This document shows positions 40,889 to 45,251 of a stretch of 45,251 bases of DNA, in pieces (the first letter of the stretch is position 1; each line of letters opens with the position of its first letter). The DNA is from Octopus bimaculoides. Its lineage: Eukaryota. The DNA lies in NCBI RefSeq assembly GCF_001194135.2, contig NC_068986.1:59889483-59934733 (forward strand). Direction: 5' to 3'. A program made the position numbers and the translations under genes. The notes beneath the pieces are model-generated. The model was not told where the DNA came from. It made no database searches and saw nothing but the letters and a program-made list of their open reading frames with translations.

Positions 40889-41217
40889 CTGATACAAAAT
40901 ATGAAAAAAATCTCGAATAAAAATGATGAAACTGAAACACATTCATGTCTTAAATGAAACATGAATAAAAGTAAAGCTGTTCCCCATATATACAAATATA
41001 TACACATACTGTATTTACTCAAGCACAATGCCATCTCCAGTATAATGCTACCCACTTTTTGACTCTGTCACTTTGTCTTGATATTACATGATCTTTGTAA
41101 TCAAGCATCACTGACATACAGTTTCCAATCTTCTGTAAAAACATGTTTGGCCACAAGTAAACATTACCTTACTTAAAAACAGATGAGGGTTGTGTGTAAG
41201 AATGGTGTTTTGGTATT

Positions 41218-41940
41218 TCATTGATGACAATTCTCCTCTGCATCCTTGCTTCCTACTGTAGGAGATGAGTTTCTAATGAACGTGGCTGTGACTATTCTGT
41301 CATTTACTGGTATTACTTCAGCCAATGCTTTCTCTGCCAAACCGTTGATTACTAATCCTACCCCTCCTGCTGCAGCACAATTAGTACTTCTCCATGCACT
41401 TGCTGTTATTAGTGTGCAGCCTTCAAGTTGCTCAATGAGAGTAGGGTCTTCTTCATGCACTATCTTGTATTGAACTACTCCAAGGATGTTTAGCTTGCAT
41501 TTGTTAAAGTTGTTAGCCATCTCCAGACATTTCTTTTTTCCCTTAAGTGTTCCAATTTGCAGGTACTTTTTACTGTTCATAAGTTTGATTCTTCTGTTCT
41601 CACCATCAGCTACTTCTCTTTCAGCTGTGATTGTTAAGACGCTGCTGGATCCTGAAGTCACCAGACCTGGGGGCCTTTTCAAACTCCCAAAGTGAGATGT
41701 TTAGTCAGTGCCCTCATTAGAGGAAATTCATGTTGGAAACATGGAATTCCCCACTTGCTGACTAGTGAACAAAAAGTATGCATGTGCTGGACCAGTTTTG
41801 GATGTAGATGGAACTTGTCAAAGGGAAATAACTCCATCTTACCCAGAAAGGATGCCATTCAGTAGAATTTAATTTTGAGTTTTTTTTTTCACAACCCTTT
41901 TTTCTACCTCCAGCTGTAGAGAGGATATATGCCTCCAGCT
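41218..41940 (-). mobile_element. 5' end of an RTE-type LINE (putative 5'UTR plus APE endonuclease), 3'-truncated
   Basis: ORF 41218..41682 has LQIGTL...LNILGVVQYKIVH...TASAWRSTNCAAAGGVGLVI...VNDRIVTATF, matching APE endonuclease motifs. The upstream limit is approximate. Confidence 0.82.
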
Positions 41941-42125
41941 AACAAGTCTGATGAGTTACCGAGACAACTAAGAACTTTATAGATGCAAAACCAATGGGAA
42001 TTCCCAAACCAGCCATAACCAACAACTATACATACTCATGTATATATGTATATATATCAAAACAGAAGACTGGAAATATTTCATTACAGGATAGGTGTCA
42101 TAAACGTATACATGTACAAAAATGG

Positions 42126-42184
<59 letters not shown>

Positions 42185-42832
42185 GTATGTATGTATGTAT
42201 GTATATGTATACGCTATGCAAACTAAATCAAGTGCATTGCAGAAGCCTTCAATAGCATACAAACAAACATGCAACCCCAAAAATGATTGCTCGACCTGTT
42301 AGATACAGTGGTCAAATACTCCTCATGTCACATCTTGTCATCATAAAATAGAGTAGTACACATTCCAATAGTTTAGACATATAATGTTTAAACAAAGAAA
42401 GAATAAAAACTAAAAAATGATGGCCACTGATTAGTTCGATATTTCTTAATATTCTTTCATTACAGCAAATCAATACAGTAAACACTTCTACAAACTCTCC
42501 AAGGAGGAATACCTCAAACACGATTGAAGTCAACTTTGCCTCTTGCTATTTCAAGGCCAATAAAATATGATACCAGTCAGTCCAGGGCAGATCATTGGTC
42601 GAATTGTTAGAGCATCGAATGAAATGCTTGTGGTAATCTCATTCTAGCTCTTTACATTCTGAATTCTTGAATGGGAGACTTAATCTATCATTAGTTTAAC
42701 ACCAAGATATAGTCCTTGGTTCTCTTTGCTGTAAGCTTTCGGGCCAAGGCTTTGATCTGAGAATGAATTTCTTCTATCAATCTCAGATGTCCTCAAAAAA
42801 TAAAGAGCTATTAAAGTATATGAAGGTTATAC

Positions 42833-43074
42833 TTTGCTGATGAAGTCAAAACAATACTAAAACATGACCAGGATTCTTTTCCATATCTTTCAAAAACAAA
42901 TGGAACCAATTTTGACTAATATTGATTTTTCTCAGCCTGGACATCTTGTTACTATCTCATTACATCATTATCAGAAAAAGTAACTGAAGTGATAATGGAA
43001 GAATTACTAAAAGTGATGAATTGAATTGGTATATCAGTAATACATGGGAAATTGTTCCAAAGACAATTGTGCAT
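42833..43074 (-). CDS. Tentative further exons of the right-end gene (43074-42964 and 42915-42833)
   Basis: MHNCLWNNFPCITDIPIQFITFSNSSIITSVTFSDND, then a 48-nt GT-AG segment, then SKLVPFVFERYGKESWSCFSIVLTSSA. LVPFVFERY resembles the MIF4G LVxFIGELY motif, but the acceptors are weak. Confidence 0.35.
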
Positions 43075-43184
43075 CTCCATGTAAAGTAATTATATTTATT
43101 TTAGAACTTTATCAGATTAATTCTAATTTTAAGATTTCAGACTAATTTAAATTATTCTAATTAATTAGAAAGTGTTTCCATTAC

Positions 43185-43246
43185 ATAGGAAAACAAGAAT
43201 GAGCTATCAGTCATTGCTCTTTCATATACAGTATTAAAAAACAGAT
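43185..43246 (-). CDS. Exon E of the unnamed gene (MIF4G-like segment)
   Basis: aatttcaacag|...|gtaatg; phase 1 to 0; (Y)LFFNTVYERAMTDSSFLFSY. Confidence 0.75.
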
Positions 43247-43531
43247 CTGTTGAAATTATATATGAATATTTCATATGAAAATTAATGACTTTATCAGCTT
43301 AAACTAAATAACTAGATAAATATAGCCAACATATTTAAATTTATCGACTTACAAAATCTAACTCTTTTTTTTTTGTGTCTATCTATCTAAGTATATCTAT
43401 CTATAGATAGATAAGTAGATAAAGTATGAAAATTATTTATGGAAATTAATGGATTTATCAACCTTAACTAAATAATTGGATAAATAAAGCTAACATCTAT
43501 CTATCAATCTATTTCATTTTCTATATCTATG

Positions 43532-43566
<35 letters not shown>

Positions 43567-43713
43567 TTATTGAGATACAAATGGGTTTTATTGAACATAT
43601 GTGGGACTTGTTCATTATTGCTAGTTCTCTTTGTTTAAATATTCATTCCTAATGGCAGAGTGTACAGTGAGAATAAAATTAGTTGAGATATGGCTGCAAT
43701 ACAAATGACTAAC

Positions 43714-43749
43714 ATATTTCAGTGACCATGGTAGTACATGATTTCAACA
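43714..43749 (-). CDS. Exon D of the unnamed gene
   Basis: ccattactctgcag|...|gttagt; 36 nt, phase 1-1; (M)LKSCTTMVTEI. Confidence 0.7.
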
Positions 43750-43827
43750 CTGCAGAGTAATGGAAACATTTATTAATTGTATGCTAATTGTATATTTGTA
43801 ACCTACAATGTTCAAAATTGTACCTAC

Positions 43828-43898
43828 TCATGATATCAATATATATCAAGGTGAACTTTCGAAGCAAATGTCCTACCCATTTCAGGTAATTTTCAAAC
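43828..43898 (-). CDS. Exon C of the unnamed gene
   Basis: ctcattcatcag|...|gtaggt; phase 2 to 1; (R)FENYLKWVGHLLRKFTLIYIDIM. Confidence 0.78.
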
Positions 43899-43924
43899 CT
43901 GATGAATGAGTAATGTATTTTTAA

Positions 43925-44302
43925 TCTTTTATCTTTTACTTGCTTCAGTTATTAGACTGCAGCTGGGGTATCACCTTGAAGAATCTTAGTCAAACAAATT
44001 GACCCTAGTACTTATTTTTTAAAGCCTAGTTTTGTATTGGCTTCTTTTATCAAACTACTTTTGTTACAAAGTTACAAAGATGTAGATACACCAACATTGG
44101 TTGTCAACCGGTGGTGGGACACACACACACATGTATATATGATGGACTTCTTTCAGTTTCTATCAACCAAATCCACTAACAAGGCTTTGACAGGGTTGAG
44201 GATATAATAGAAGACACTTGCCCAAGGTGTGATGCAGTAGGACTGAACCCGGAACCATGTGATTGTGAAGCAAACTTTTTACCACACAGCCATGCCTGTG
44301 TC
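43925..44302 (-). mobile_element. SINE family A in the intron between exons B and C
   Basis: Full-length homology to the other family A copies. Confidence 0.87.
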
Positions 44303-44551
44303 TATAATGCATGTAGGCCTTTATTATTTTTCTGCCCAATATCAGACCTGATTGAACAAACCTATAATGAAAGGCATTGCAGCCAAGACCAAATACCTTT
44401 TATAATGTATCTAGAACTCATCAGCATCAATTTTACATTTTTTTCCATGTTTGTCTGGGTAGGACAGGTTTTGTCCAGGACAGTCTTCCTACCAGCTGCA
44501 ATCACTAGTCATTTCTTTCAAAAGGTCCAGCATCCAAAGATCAATTTTTAC

Positions 44552-44730
44552 CTCACCTTTTCAAGTCTCTCTTCCACAGCTTCCTTGTCCTTGGTTCCTT
44601 CAGCAACCAACTGGTTTTTCTTCATATCATTATATGTCCATACCACCTCCAGTGTCATTTTTTGCATGACTTTTGCTTTAATTTTTTTAGGACCATAAGG
44701 TGTGATATAAAAATGATTTATCTGCTGTTC
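44552..44730 (-). CDS. Exon B of the unnamed gene
   Basis: ttgctag|...|gtaaaa; 179 nt, phase 0 to 2; EQQINHFYITPYGPKKIKAKVMQKMTLEVVWTYNDMKKNQLVAEGTKDKEAVEERLEKV. Confidence 0.82.
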
Positions 44731-44814
44731 CTAGCAAGTCAGATATTCACATAGTAGAGGTTCTCTTGTTCACTCACACACACACACACACACATAAATC
44801 TCTCATAACTTTAC

Positions 44815-44952
44815 ATGGGCTCTCAGACTGGTTGTTGTTATAAACCCCTGATCTATCTTCATCAAGAAGTCCTTGTATAAGTCAAGTATATTTTGATTTG
44901 CCAATGATTCATGTGTTGCTATAGAAAGAGCCAGAGTAAGAAGACCAAGCAC
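44815..44952 (-). CDS. Exon A of the unnamed gene (gene is 5'-incomplete in this window)
   Basis: ctcaattcag|...|gtaaag; 138 nt, phase 0-0; VLGLLTLALSIATHESLANQNILDLYKDFLMKIDQGFITTTSLRAH. Confidence 0.82.
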
Positions 44953-45210
44953 CTGAATTGAGTACATGTGACAAAGTGTACCCTGCAAAAAGGCAAACAA
45001 GGACTGAATTTTGGGATTAGACTGAAGACAGGTTAAGTCTAGAAAGGCTTTAAATTATATACATATTATACTCAGCTATTACTCAACATCTAAGAAACAT
45101 TCTTTAAATTAGCTATGTGACTGTGACTCAATTGCTGAGCAGATGGCTGACAGAAATATAACACACAAGGCAGATGTTAATGCTAAGGTCTAAATTGAAT
45201 GAATTTGGGT

Positions 45211-45251
<41 letters not shown>

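Noticed and set aside
42787-42983. Alternative plus-strand two-exon ending (MSSKNKELLKYMK / PGHLVTISLHHYQKK*)
   Set aside because: Splice signals are plausible, but no upstream plus-strand gene could be assembled and it overlaps the minus-strand candidate. Left unresolved rather than called.
43828-43898. LKWVGHLL as an RTE fragment (LKWVGHV), or ENYLKW as RFX dimerisation-domain-like
   Set aside because: The flanking residues do not follow RTE, and the segment splices in frame with its neighbours. RFX spacing fails, while the MIF4G pattern fits over a longer span.

Overview
AT-rich, microsatellite-dense eukaryotic DNA with five N gaps (10518-10572, 28081-28610, 31437-31446, 35430-35739, 36669-36758). 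The SINE families, RTE (GAT)n tails and simple-repeat load point to an octopod (Octopus-like) genome; this is inference from recalled repeat families, not a database hit. Most of the window is layered, decayed mobile DNA: an R4/Dong-like LINE 3' end, several RTE LINEs, a Tx1-like LINE inside a GATA array, an internally deleted Gypsy element with a mariner nested in its 5' LTR, a long-TIR MITE, a non-autonomous Helitron and four SINE-like families. The only well-supported host gene is a 5'-incomplete minus-strand gene at the right end, with five phase-consistent GT-AG exons (44952-43185). Its peptide looks like the helical domain that follows nucleotidyltransferase folds (OAS/DZF/Mab-21 class) joined to a MIF4G-like domain. 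That is the best candidate for something undescribed, but it rests on motif recognition by eye. No CRISPR, rRNA or genuine tRNA genes were seen. All coordinates and mismatch counts were read manually and may be off by a few bases.
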